Source: Mobula birostris
Taxonomy: Eukaryota
Assembly (NCBI RefSeq): GCF_030028105.1
Contig: NC_092378.1
Location: forward strand, 47,774,400-47,838,399
Reading direction: 5' to 3'
Length of the DNA: 64,000 nucleotides
The position numbers were made by a program, and so were the translations under genes. The notes beneath the pieces are model-generated. The model had not been told where the DNA came from. It saw only the letters and a program-made list of their open reading frames with translations, and did no database searches. Below, in pieces: positions 11,685 to 24,067 of the stretch. Numbering within the stretch: the first letter of the stretch is position 1; each line of letters starts with the position of its first letter.

Positions 11685-14600
11685 CTCATAACAAGGAGGT
11701 TACTAAAGAATAAAAGGTCTTCCTAGTGGCCTAGTGGCCTAGTCATACTTTATTAATCCCGGGGGAAATTGGTTTTCGTTACAGTTACTCCATAAATAAA
11801 AACTAGTAATAGAACCATAAATAGTTAAATAGTAATATGTAAATTATGCCAGTAAATTATGAAGTAAGTCCAAGACCAGCCTATTGGCTCAGGATGTCTG
11901 ACCCTCCAAGGGAGGAGTTGTAAAGTTTGATGGCCACAGGCATGAATGACTTCCTATCACGCTCAGTGCTGCATCTTGGTGGGATGAATCTCTGGCTGAA
12001 TGTACTCCTGTGCCCACCCAGTACATTATGTAGTGGATGGGAGACATTGACCAAGATGGCATGCAACTTAGACAGCATCCTCTTTTCAGACACCACCGTG
12101 AGAGAGACCAGTTCCATCCCCACAACATCACTAGCCTTACGAATGAGTTTGTTGATTCTGTTGGTGTCTGCTACCCTCAGCCTGCCGCCCCAGCACACAA
12201 CAGCAAACATGATAGCACTGGCCACCACAGACTCGTAGAACATCCTCAGCATCGTCCGGCAGATGTTAAGGGACCTCAGTCTCCTCAGGAAATAGAGACG
12301 GCTCTGGCCCTTCTTGTAGACAGCCTCAGTGTTCTTTGACCAGTCCAGTTTATTGTCAATTCGTATCCCCAGGTATTTGTAATCCTCCACCATGTCCACA
12401 CTGACCCCCTGGATGGAAATAGGGGTCACCGGTACCTTAGATCTCCTCAGGTCTACCACCAGCTCCTTAGTCTTTTTCACATTAAGCTGCAGATAATTCT
12501 GCTCACACCATGTGACAAAGTTTCCTACCGTAGCCCTGTACTCAGCCTCATCTCCCTTGCTGATGCATCCAACTATGGCAGAGTCATCCGAAAACTTCTG
12601 AAGATGACAAGACTCTGTGCAGTAGTTGAAGTCCGAGATGTAAATGGTGAAGAGAAAGGGAGACAGGACAGTCCCCTTTGGAGCCCCAGTGCTGCTGATC
12701 ACTCTGTCGGACACACAGTGTTGCAAGCACACGTACTGTGGTCTGCCAGTCAGGTAATCAAGAATCCATGATACCAGGGAAGCATCCACCTGCATCGCTG
12801 TCAGCTTCTCCCCCAGCAGAGCAGGGCGGATGGTATTGAATGCACTGGAGAAGTCAAAAAACATGACCCTCACAGTGCTCGCTGGCTTGTCCAGGTGGGC
12901 GTAGACACAGTTCAGCAGGAAGACGATGGCATCCTCAACTTCTAGTCAGGGCTGGTAGGCGAACTGGACAGGATCTAAGTGTGGCCTGACCATAGGCCGG
13001 AGCAGCTCCAGAACAAGTCTCTCCAGGGTCTTCGTGATGTGGGAGGTCAATGCCACCGGTCTGTAGTCATTGAGGCCGCTGGGGCGCGGCGTCTTTGGCA
13101 CAGGGATGAGGCAGGATGTCTTCCACAATACAGGAACCCTCTGGAGCCTCAGGCTCAGGTTGAATACATGGCGAAGTACCCCACATAGCTGAGGGGCACA
13201 GGCTTTGAGCACCCTGGTACTGACACCATCCGGTCCTGCAGCCTTGCTTGGGTTGAGATGCTTCAGCTGTCTTCTCACCTGTAGGGCTGTGAAGCCTACT
13301 GTGGTGGTTTCGTGTGGGGAAGTGGAATAGTCATGAGAGCAGGGTGGGGGACTGTGAGGAGGGGTAGGAGAGGAGAGTGGAATATGTGTTGGTTGGGGGC
13401 TGACAACAGATGGCTCATATGTGGGATGGGCAAGGGCCATACTGTCAAATCTGTTAAAGAACAGGTTAAGTTCGTTGGCCCTGTCCACACTGCCTTCCGC
13501 TCCTCTGTTGCTAGTTTGCTGGAACCCAGTGATGGTCCTCATCCCCCTGCAGACCTCTCTCATGTTGTTCTGCTGGAGTTTCCACTCAAGCTTCCTCCTA
13601 TACCTATCTTTAGCCTCTCTGATCCTGGCTTTCAGGTCCCTCTGTATTGCCCTCAGCTCCTCCCTATTTCCATCTCTAAATGCCCTCTTTTTAGCTTTCA
13701 GGATGTCCTTAATGTCCTTTGTCACCCATGGCTTGTTACCTGAATAACAAAGGACAGTTCTTGTCGGAACATTGCAGTCCACACAGAAGTTGATGTAATC
13801 AGTGATGTACTCTGTGAGCCCTTCAATGTTCTTTATTATATCCAGCAAAGCTCCCTCGGATGGAGGGAGGAAATTTTTTACTAACTCCCGGGAGGCGATA
13901 AAGTTTATTTAAAAAGTATCATACATCGTGATTCAGAATATTCTTCTGGAACAAGAGGCCTAGAAAAATGCATTTTGGACAAAATATATGAAGAAAATTA
14001 TTTGATTTTCATTAATATAGATTAATTTTAACAACATTATACTCTTGAACTTCGAATCTATATGATTATGGATGGTCTTTTTGAATTATAATACCAGGGA
14101 ACTATATAGTTAATCTAATTTTGTTATAACTAGTATGAATAGCTTTGATTATATAGATGTCATCTTTTGATATATTTAATTTTTGGTATGCTGGATATGT
14201 ATTAAGTTACAATATTTAGGGTTATATCTAGTAAGTTTCTTTGAATTCTGTTCTTTATTCGGATATATTGCTATATTAATGATATTTACTTTCAATATTA
14301 TAGATTATGTTAGATATTTAGTAATAATGGCTGTGGAATATAATTTATTTTTACAGATGTTTAATTAAGGAGTTATTGGGGGAGTGGATAATTTTTTCGT
14401 CTCTTTTTTTTTAAAAAAATGATTAATTGTGTTATATGTTAAAGAATGTCCATCTTTAGCGCGATGTTTATCGGACCCCACAGTGAGAGGGGTTAAGGTG
14501 CTGTGGACTCGGAGCGCCAGTTGGGAGGGATTTTCTCCCTTTATTTTACTTTTTTTTAAATTTTTTTTTTCTTTTATTTTCTTTCCTGTTTGGTTTCCTT

Positions 14601-17600
14601 TCTATTTTCTATACTCTATTGAGAATGGCACCAAATATCTCAGAGTCACTCAAAGAAGTGGGATTAATTTATACTTTTTTTGTGGGCAAGATCAACCAAT
14701 AAAATCTGATAACTATGAATAGAGCAATTAAATTTTTAAGTCTTAATGTTAATGGAATAAATGGACCGATAAAAAGGAAAATGGTCTGGCATATCTTTTA
14801 AAAAATCATATTGATAATACCTTCCTTCAAGAAACTCATCTTACAGTGACAGAACATAACAAATTAAAGAGAGGATGGGTTTGTCAAGTAATAGCGTCCT
14901 CCTTTAATTTTAAAGCCAGAGGAGTGGCAGTATTGATAGGGAAGAATTTGCCAGTGGAGGCGAAGGGTACTATCATAGATCCGGCCGAGAGATTTGTTAT
15001 GGTCGATTGTCAAATATACTCAGAATCCTGGACACTTTTGAATTTATATGCCCCCAATTATGACAACGAGAAATTTATCCAAGATATTTTTTTGAAAGTT
15101 GTTCAAGGATATGAAAATATCTTAATTGGAGGGGTTTTCAGTTTTTGTCTGGATCCAATTTTAGATAAGATCAGATAAAAAAGTCGTGAAGGTCAGAGCA
15201 GCAAAAACCACCCTGGCCTTCATGAAGGACTTGAATATAATAGACACTTGGAGATAGCAGCATCCAAGGAAAAGAGACTTCTCTTTCTATTCAAAACAAT
15301 ATGATTCCTACTCTAGAATTGACTTATTTTTAATATCAGCTAAATTAGAAAGTAGGATCATTCAAACAGAATATGCCGCTAGACCTCTATTGGATCATTC
15401 ACCTTTAACTTTATCAATTGAAATGCCTGATAAATAAAAACCATTATATAGATGGCGTTTTAATCCTTCGCTGTTGAAAAGACCAGAGTTTTGCAGTTTT
15501 ATTAGAGCTCAAGTAGAATTGTTCTGTGAGACGAACTCACCCTCTACTGCCAGTAATTTCTTATTATGGGACACATTAAAAGCATACTTGAGAAGACAGA
15601 TAATTGGATATGTTAAGGGTATAAAAAATAAATATGCAACAGAATTAAATGAATTGGAGAAAGAAATAACACAATTATAAAAAGATTGTCAGAATTTAAC
15701 AACAGAGGAAAATTATAATAAATAAATAAATAAATAAATTAGAGTATAACACAAAACAAACCTATAGAATAGAAAAAATGGTACTAAAATCAAAACAACA
15801 GTATTATGAATTAGGAGAGAGAACCCTTAAAGTACTATCTTGGCAACTGAGGGTGGAAGAAACCTCCAGAACAATAAATGCGATCCAAACAGGGGAAGAT
15901 AAGATTTCATATAAGCCAAAAGAAATAAATGATACTTTTAAGCAGTTCTATTCAGAACTATACAAATCAGAATCAGTGGGTGACTCACTGAAAATTGATG
16001 ATTTCTTGTCTAATTATACAACTTTCCAAATTGAGTCAACAAGATCAGGAAGAACTGAATGCCCCTTTTTCTAGGGATGAAATTGAACGAGCCCTAGGCT
16101 TATTACAGGCTAATAAATCACCGGGAGTTGATGGTTTTCCCCCTGAATTTTACAGAGAATTTAAGGATCAATTAATGCCCCTTTTTATGAGGGTTGTGAC
16201 TCAGGCTGAGGAGACCCATACTCTACTGGAATCCTTTTCGACAGCAATTATTACTTTAATTCTTAAGAAGGATAAGGATCCGCTAAAACCAGCATCTTAT
16301 AGGCCCATCTCACTTTTAAATGTGGACTATAAAATTATAGCAAAGGCATTGGCTAAAAGATTAGCTCGATATCTGCCAAAATTGATTAAATCCAATCCAA
16401 CAAGATTTATTAAAAATAGACAATTATCTGATAATATTGGCAGATTATTGACTATATTACATTTAACTAGGACGAAGGTGGACCTGACCGTAGCAGTGGC
16501 TTTAGATGCTGAAAAGGACTTTGATAGACTTGAATGGGATTTTTAATTTAAAACACTGGAAAAATTTGGTCTAGGCCAAATATTCATAAATAGGATAAGA
16601 GCACTTTAACATCAGTCTAAGGCCAAAATAATTACGAACGCGCAGATTTCACCAGTTTTCTCTCGACAGAGATCTAGTAGACAAGGTTGCCCGCTATCTC
16701 CAGCTCTATTTGCTCTGGCAATAGAGCCATTGGCTGAGGCTGTTAGACAGGATCCAGACATAAAGGGGTTTAAAGTGGCCCAGGAAGAATATAAAATTAA
16801 TTTATTTGCTGATGACATTTTAGTATATTTGGCTGACCCGGCCCGCTCTTTGGTAAGACTTAGGGACTTGCTGGACAATTATGGTATAGTCTCAGTATAT
16901 AAAATAAATTGGAATAAAAGTGAAATTTTACCTTTAGGTAGAGGAGATTATGCCCAATATCAATATGGCACTCAGTTTAGATGGGTTAAATATAACATGA
17001 AATATCTGGGGATTAAGTTTAATCGTAATTTGGATGACCTTTATAAACTTCATTAGCTCCCCTTGCTGTGGAATGTCGAGGAGGACCTACGTAGGTGGAT
17101 AAAGCTTCCCATCACACTGATGGCCAGGGTAAACTGTATAAAAATGAAGATAATGCCAAGACTTCAGTATTTTTTTCAGTCTTTACCTATCCCATTATCC
17201 AATAATTTTTTAAAGATTCTCAATGGACATATTCGTCTATTTTTACGGTCGGGTAAAATATCTAGAATCTCCATGAAAAAATTGACCTGGGACTATAAAT
17301 TGGGAGGGTTAAAATTACCAGATTTTAAAAAAATATTATTTAGCTGCACAAGCACGTTTTATTGCTTCTTTTTTTGATGAGACAACTGTTCCTTCTTGGG
17401 TTACAATTGGCTTACATATGGTAGGAGAAGAGATGGCAGAAGAATTTATATATAAATGGGACTCCAAAATAATTAAAAAGAAAACAAACAATCCTCTACT
17501 GAGACATGTAATTTATATCTGGGAAAAAAAATTAAACAATTTATGGGTCTAAAAAAAGGAATATTCTCAAAAACACCTCTATCTCAGAACAGATTAATAC

Positions 17601-18819
17601 CCATGACTCTTGGTAATAAATTTCTAGTCACCTGGTACCAACACGATATCAGGCACATTGAAGATTGTTATAATCGGCAGAAGCAATTTATGTTTTTTGA
17701 GGGACTTAAAAATAAATATAATTTATCTAATGACACATTCTTCTGCAATCCCCAATTACGATCTTTTTTGAGGGACTGTTTGGGTCCATCACTGGCCCTA
17801 CCAAGGTGCTCAGACATGGAGATTCTAATTTGAAAGGGGAATACAACTAAATTTATTTCTAATACATACTCTTTATTCCAAGACCAATGTCCAAAGCTTG
17901 GTATATACAGATCGAGGGAGAGATAGGAGTCGGATTTGGGCATTGTAATTGATCATCAATGTTGGTCACATCTATGTTTGGATACTGTTACCACTCTTAT
18001 CAACTCTAGATACAGAATGATACATTTTAATTTTTTACATCAGTTGTATCTCACACCTGAAAAAATACATAAAAATAAACCAGAAATTTCTGACAAGTGT
18101 TTCAGGTGTGGCATAGATGTTTGTACCTTTTTGCATTCCACCTGGCTATGCACCAAACTGAGATCTTTTTGGATAGACCTGGGGGAGGTACTGGGAAAGA
18201 TTCTGGGGATGGATTTCCCTCTAGACCCAAAATTGTTTCTTCTGGGGAACTTGGCAGTTTTGAAAGTTAACCTCCCCAGGAATAAATCCAAATTTATTAA
18301 AATTGCATTGTCAGTGGCCAGGAAATGCATAGCGGTAACACGGAAATCCGATTCCCTTGTATATATTGTTCGTTGGAATAAAGAAATGCAAAATTGTATA
18401 CTCCTTGCGAAGATTACTTAGCCCCTTAGGAATGGATACACTACGTTCATTGAGATTTGGCAACCATATTTGGATTACTTAAATGCCCAGCTTTTTTAAT
18501 CTATTTATTTTATTTTCTTTAAGTTAATATATCCCTTATAATAAGCTAGTTTCTTTAATTTGTATTTTAAGCTAACTCTGAGAGCTGGATACCTACTCTT
18601 CTTTTTCTTTTTTTTCTCTCCTTTCTTTTCTCTGTCTTTTATGATTTTTTTCTCCCTCCTTTTTTCTAAATGCAGGGAGATGGTGTTGGGATAGGTGTTC
18701 TTTTTTTTCTCTCAGACTTATTAATGTATTTGAATTAATTTTTTTTCAATATGTATTAATTGTTGTATTAATTGAGTCCTTATATTTCTTCCTTAAAAAA
18801 TTAAATAAAATATATAAAA
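11685..18819 (+). mobile_element. 5'-truncated L1-clade LINE (ORF1 C-terminus plus disrupted ORF2), interrupted by a Rex1 insertion
   Basis: ORF1 remnant LLYPAKL..GRKFFTNSREA at ~13832. ORF2 runs from ATG 14715 (MNRAIKFLSLNVNG) with YAPN, KSPGVDG, YRPISLLN, QGCPLSP, FADD and the C-terminal CFRC..H..W.C knuckle. AATAAA/A-rich tail; 13-bp TSD aactagctcctcc at 11672-11684 and 18820-18832. Confidence 0.9.
11722..13830 (-). mobile_element. 5'-truncated Rex1/Babar-type non-LTR retrotransposon; RT frame with a single in-frame stop
   Basis: ORFs 12946-13848 and 11881-12873 share one frame, split by TGA at 12946-12948. Motifs KAAGPDG, YRPVALTS, FFDFSSAFNTI, KFSDD, LNVKKTKELVVD. Tail of (ctagtggc) repeats at 11722-11744. 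Confidence 0.9.
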
Positions 18820-18915
18820 AACTAGCTCCTCCTTTCCTACCCAGCTTCTGCTCTATGGTCATTAGATGATGCACCTACTATAATTGTTGCTGTATCTTTG
18901 GAAACAGAGAGTTAC

Positions 18916-19101
18916 CTGTGTACAGGTGAGTGGAGTTAGACACCTGGACCAAGTTGAAGAACCAGTACATGTCCTCACTATTCTGGTAGTCGCTAGAGAA
19001 GTTGTTGGACACAATGAAACCAGATACACAGGGACAGGCATTCTTCGAAACAGCCTGCAGATCCACAGTTCTTGGTATAATTTCTGGTGGACAAAAGCAA
19101 C
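18916..19101 (-). CDS. First exon of the divergent CUB-like domain (GCFCPPEIIP...SGFIVSNNFSSDYQNSEDMYWFFNLVQVSNSTHLYT)
   Basis: Acceptor ttctttggtttcag|, donor ACAG|gtaact. 186 nt, phase 1-1. SGxIxSxNFxxxYxN....W matches the CUB N-terminal motif. Confidence 0.85.
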
Positions 19102-19289
19102 CTGAAACCAAAGAAAAATAACGTGAATCACTGAACAACTATCAAAGTCCTTTTTGTTCTTTCCTATAATCTCCTGTATTACACTTCATTCACACAATGA
19201 TCATAAGTACTTAAGTAGACTTCATCTCATGTATCTAAGCATTCATGAGAAAAGCTGCCTTAATGTATGTTCATGAATTATATTAAAAT

Positions 19290-20150
19290 TCAAAATAAAC
19301 TTTATTATCAAAGTACATACATGTCACCATACATAACCCTGAGATTCATTTTCTTGCAGGCATACTCAATAAATCCACAACCATAACAGAATTAATGAAA
19401 GACCGCACCAGTAGGCCGGACAACCAGTGTGCAGCAGGCAACAAACTGTGCAAATAACAGAAACAAAGAAAATTAATTAATTAACACACACACACAAATA
19501 AATGGTCAATAAATAAATACTTAAACAAACAAACAAATAAATAAATAAATGTGTGAATGAATGAATAAATAAACAATAAATATTGAGAACATGAGTTGAA
19601 GAGTCCTTGAAAGTGTGTCTATAGGTTGTGGGAACATTTCAATGATGGGGCAAGTGAAGTTGAGTGAAGTTATCCTTTTTGGTTCAAGAGCCTTGAGGAG
19701 CCTTTGAGGAGTAATAACTGTTCCTGAAGCAGGTGGTGTGAGTCCAGAGGTTCCTGTACCTTCTTCCTGATGGCAGCATTGTGAAGAGAGGACTGGGCTA
19801 TATCCACTATATTTTGTAGGATTTTCCGTTCAAGGGCATTGATGATTTCATATCAGAGCATAATGTGACCAGGCAATATACTCTCCACCACACATGCATA
19901 GAAGATTGTCAAAGTTTTAGATGTCATGCCGAATCTTCAGAAACTTCTAAGGAATTAGAGGCACTGCTGTACTTTTCTTGTAATTGCCCTCGCATGCCAG
20001 GCACAGGATGAAACCTCTGATATGATAACAATGAGGAATTTGAAGTTGCTGACTCTCTCCATCTCTGATCCTGCAATGAGGAATGGTTCATGGATCTCTG
20101 GTTTCCTCCTCCTGAAGTCAATAATCAGCTTCTTGATCTTGCTGATATTG
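19290..20150 (-). mobile_element. Degenerate non-LTR retroposon 3' fragments (Rex1/L2-like)
   Basis: Similar to the 28590-29290 and 40730-41468 fragments; typical 3' end with aataaa. Confidence 0.5.
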
Positions 20151-20220
20151 ATACCAAGTATATACTGTATATATGATATATCACGGGCAAGGAGGCTGAG
20201 GTTGCTATTTTGTCACTCAC

Positions 20221-20346
20221 CTTCACAGTGTGTCCCATTCCCTCTGTAATAGGATTTGCACTCACAGTGGTAGGACCCCATCGAGTTCAGACACTGAGCA
20301 TTGCTGTCACACTGATTCAGCACAGGATCCGCACATTCGTTGACAT
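20221..20346 (-). CDS. cbEGF exon type C: DVNECADPVLNQCDSNAQCLNSMGSYHCECKSYYRGNGTHCE
   Basis: Acceptor tctactcttttcag|, consensus donor AAG|gtgagt. 126 nt, phase 1-1, DxNEC and CxNxxGSYxC motifs. Absent from the ORF track. Confidence 0.93.
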
Positions 20347-20620
20347 CTGAAAAGAGTAGATAAGTAAACAACCGGAGGTGGAGGGAATGTGGAAGAATGA
20401 GGAGATGAAATTTCTATTCACAAAGGTAACGTGGAGTATGGGGAGACAGCAGGCTTATGGCAGCGAGGTAAAGGATCATATTTACTGATGGACCGGATCC
20501 GAAGGGCTGACTAACCTACTCTAGGTCCCATTTTCCTGCATCTTGACAAGTTCAATCATGGGTTCAAGATTTACAATCACAGGTGGATCCTGCTTTTAAA
20601 AAAAGTTAATTATACAGTAT

Positions 20621-21555
20621 CACACACAAAATGCTGGAGGAACTCAGCAGACTAGGCAGCATCTATGGAAAAAAGTATAGTCAACGTTTCGTGTCAAAAC
20701 CCTTCAGCAGGACTGGAGAGAAAAGGCTGAGTAGATTTAAAAGGGGTCAGGGTGGGGAGAGAGAAGCACCAGGTGATTGGTGGAACTTGAACGGGAGGGA
20801 TGAAGTAAAGAGCTGGGAGGTTAATTGGTGAAAGAGACAGAAGGCCATGGAAGAAAGTAAAAGGGGGAAGGAACACCAGAGGGAGGTGATGGGTGGGCAA
20901 GGAGATGAGGTGGGATACGGAAAAGGGGATAGGAAATGGAAGGAGTTGTTGGGGGGACATCTATGCTCCATCCGCCAGAACAAGTGGGATCTCCCAGTGG
21001 CCACACATTTTAATTCCACTTCCCATTCCCATTCCGATATGTCCATCCATGGCCTCCTCCACTGTTGTGGTGAGGCCACACTTAGGTTGGAGGAACAACA
21101 CCTTATATTTCATGTGGGTAGCCTCCAACCTGATAGCATGACATTGATTTCTCCAACTTCCAGTTATACCCCCCAACACCACCCCCATCCCTTCTCCATT
21201 TCCCATCCCCCTTTCCCTCTCTCACCTCATCTCCTTGCCCGTCCATTGCCTCCCTCTAGCCCTCCTGCCCTTTTTTCTTTCTTCCATGCCCTTCTGTCTC
21301 TTTCACCAATCAACTTCCCAGCTCTATACCTAATCACTGCCCCTCCCTGTTTTGCCTATCACCTTGTATTTCTCTCTCCCCTCCCCCCACCTTTTAACTC
21401 TACTCCTCATCTTTTTTTCCTCCAGTCCTGCTGAAGGGTTTCAGCCCGAAACGTCAAATGTGCTTTTTTCCATAGATGCTGCCTGGCCTGCTGAGTTCCT
21501 CCAGCATTTTCTGTGTTGCTCAGATTTCCAGCATCTGCAGATTTTCTCTTCTTTG
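20621..21555. mobile_element. Penelope-derived element with inverted terminal repeats and a perfect 14-bp TSD
   Basis: ATLRLEEQHLIFHVGSLQPD segment; inverted terminal arms; taattatacagtat at 20607-20620 and 21556-21569. Confidence 0.85.
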
Positions 21556-21605
21556 TAATTATACAGTATGATGTGAGTTCATGGATAAAATGTAAAAGGT
21601 CCAAC

Positions 21606-21731
21606 CTGTGCATGATGTTCTGTTTCCGGGTCTCAGGGTGTACCCTGGGTGACAGTCACAGTGGTAACTGCCCATCGTGTTCACACAGAGCTGGGAGCAG
21701 CCGCCATTGTCCGACAGACATTCATCCACAT
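21606..21731 (-). CDS. cbEGF exon type B2: [42 protein letters not shown]
   Basis: Acceptor cccctgcttttcag|, weak donor CAG|gttgga. 126 nt, phase 1-1. Confidence 0.85.
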
Positions 21732-22135
21732 CTGAAAAGCAGGGGCATGTTACATTCAATTTTATTTTCAGTAAAGGCCTTTGCTCTCCACTAAAGCAAT
21801 ACCACTTCTTTCAAATCTTAATAACATTTTAATAAAAGTTATAGGATCAGTTTTCATGTTTTTAAAATTCTAATCGTTCGGGTTATTTTAAGCCTGGAAG
21901 GAAGGTAGTGAGATTAATTCAAAAACCATTTCAATTCAACAGCTGGCTGGTTTACCACTGGGCAAGGCATTGAAAGTGAACTCTCTTCAGTGTCCACTGG
22001 CCTCGAACTCCGGAGTACAAAATCTAGCTTCTTATTCCAATTTAGTAGGTTCACATCAGGTCAAAAAGGGAGAAAACATTCTCGAGTGAGATTGAATGAG
22101 ATAACAAGACAGAACTAGATGAAAGGCAGTGAAAC

Positions 22136-22136
<1 letters not shown>

Positions 22137-22180
<44 letters not shown>

Positions 22181-22320
22181 CAGATGAAGATAAAGACAGA
22201 TTTGTGTGAAACGGAGAGAGAGAGATAAAGAGCTGTGTGTGAGAGAGGGTACGTGAGAGAGAAAGTTGTGTGAAGGAGAGACAGAAATGTGTGAGAGTGA
22301 GAGAGAGAGAGAAAGAGAAC
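22137..22320 (+). repeat. (GA)n microsatellite and GA-rich low-complexity tract
   Basis: Visible directly. Confidence 0.9.
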
Positions 22321-23107
22321 CATTCAGCCTCTTGTGTCTGTGCTTGTTGAAAAGACCTTCCTAGCCTAATCCCACCTCCCAGCACCAGGATAAATGTTCT
22401 CCAAACCACTCCTCTAAATATACAACACGTACTTTTTAAATGCAGTGAGCATTTTTGCCTTTCAGGTGCAGAATTTCAGACCCCACCAACTGGATGGAAA
22501 AAAACTGCTTCTCTTTCTTTCTAATCCTTCTACCAATTACTTTGACTCATTAACCATTGTACTGAATCTACTCTTAACAGAAATGGGGCCTTTCTTTTCA
22601 CTCTATGCAGGTCTTTCATAATTTTATGAATCTCATTTGTCTGACTTCAGCTTCCTCTGTTCCAAAAAAAGCAACCCAAACTTCAAGTTTTCCTCACAGT
22701 TACATTTTTCCAGCCCTGGAAACATCCTGGTTCATCTCCTGTCCTGGCTCCAGTGTAATGGCACCTGTCATAGATTGTGGTGACCAGAACTCTCTAAAGC
22801 ACACAAGCTGTGGTCTAACCAGTGTTAGATTCTGTTCTAGCATTACTTTCAGAGTTTTATGCTCTAGGTGTCCTGCCTGGCTGTTTAATCATCTTTTAAA
22901 CCTGTCCTGCGAACTTCGAGGATGTGTGGACATGCCATATAAAGTTCCTGTTTCGCCACATCAGTCAGTCACATCCCATTTATGAGACATTTTTTTCGCT
23001 CTTACACCTAATGATGCAACATTGGCTACCTTTTACCCTTGGTTCAAAGATTCCTGCCCATATAGAAACCTACCAAGAAGATAACTTAAATGGAGAGATT
23101 TAGGCTT

Positions 23108-23141
23108 CAGTTCAATGCCTTCTGTCCCCAGTGTATACGTA

Positions 23142-23182
<41 letters not shown>

Positions 23183-23231
23183 GAGCCAGACTGGTGGAAC
23201 AGAAGGTTGAGCTGTGGGAGTGTGGCAGTTG
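23108..23231 (-). pseudogene. Dead type-A cbEGF exon, 3' part, with its TGTGTGTGT (Cys-Val-Cys) expanded to (TG)19
   Basis: Minus strand CACAGCTCAACCTTCTGTTCCACCAGTCTGGCTC-(TG)n-..TACACTGGGGACAGAAGG aligns to the live exon CACAGCTCGGCCTCCTGTTCCAACAGCCCCGGCTC..TGTGTGTGT..TACACTGGGGATGGAAGG. Confidence 0.75.
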
Positions 23232-23697
23232 CAGCATGGCAAGGGTTAACGTAATGTCCAGACAAAGATAGATTGCAGACAGCCCATGCAAGAAAGGTCT
23301 TTGAAGAGCATAAACTTCCCTTTGCTTAGCAGATTCCCAGAGGGATTTTGGCTGACTGCAGACGAGATAAGAATTTAATGGGAGAATGCAAAACATACAC
23401 ACCAATGGGGCAATTGCTTTATTAACTTCAGAATATCATCAGTTGTTGACTTGTACTTAATATTGACTTTTAACATTGGTATTGTAAATGGCGATTGATC
23501 TTGAAAGTAACAACTCAAACATACAGAGCTTAACAAATGGTCAATATCTGTAACTGCAAGTCAATTCTGTATAAATTTGGCATTCCTCTGTCCAAAATTA
23601 AGAACAGTTTGGTGACAGGGGCCAGGCTGTTCTCCTCGTACACAAGTAAAATAAAGTATGACCAAGGAATGAGTGCAAGTTTTCAGAGTTCAGTTAA

Positions 23698-23741
23698 TCA
23701 GTGAAGACAGTTGTGGCTTCCACTTCGACATTCACCCACAT
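23698..23741 (-). pseudogene. Dead type-A cbEGF exon, 5' part (DVGECRSGSHNCLH*)
   Basis: Intact type-A acceptor acaaactccag|ATGTGGGTGAATGT. Homology stops after AACTGTC; in-frame TGA at 23698-23700. Confidence 0.75.
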
Positions 23742-23941
23742 CTGGAGTTTGTAAAAAAACAGTAGACAATTCATTGGAAGCTGCACAGCTCTGAGAAAGT
23801 TCGAATTCTGCTGCTACATGGTTTCTACACCTCAACAAATTCAGCCATGAGTCTAGGACGTTGCACAACCACAAATCTTGCTTTTAAAAAAGTTAAATAT
23901 TTGGTTTGGGTTCTTCAAGGATAAAATGTAAAAGGTTAAAC

Positions 23942-24067
23942 CTGTGCATGATGTTCTGTTTCCAGGTCTCAGGGTGTATCCTGGGTGACAGTCACAGTGG
24001 TAACTGCCCACCGTGTTCACACAGAGCTGGGAGCAGCCGCCATTGTCCTGCAGGCATTCATCCACAT
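23942..24067 (-). CDS. cbEGF exon type B1: [42 protein letters not shown]
   Basis: Acceptor atccctgtttttcag|, weak donor CAG|gtttaa. 126 nt, phase 1-1. Confidence 0.85.
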
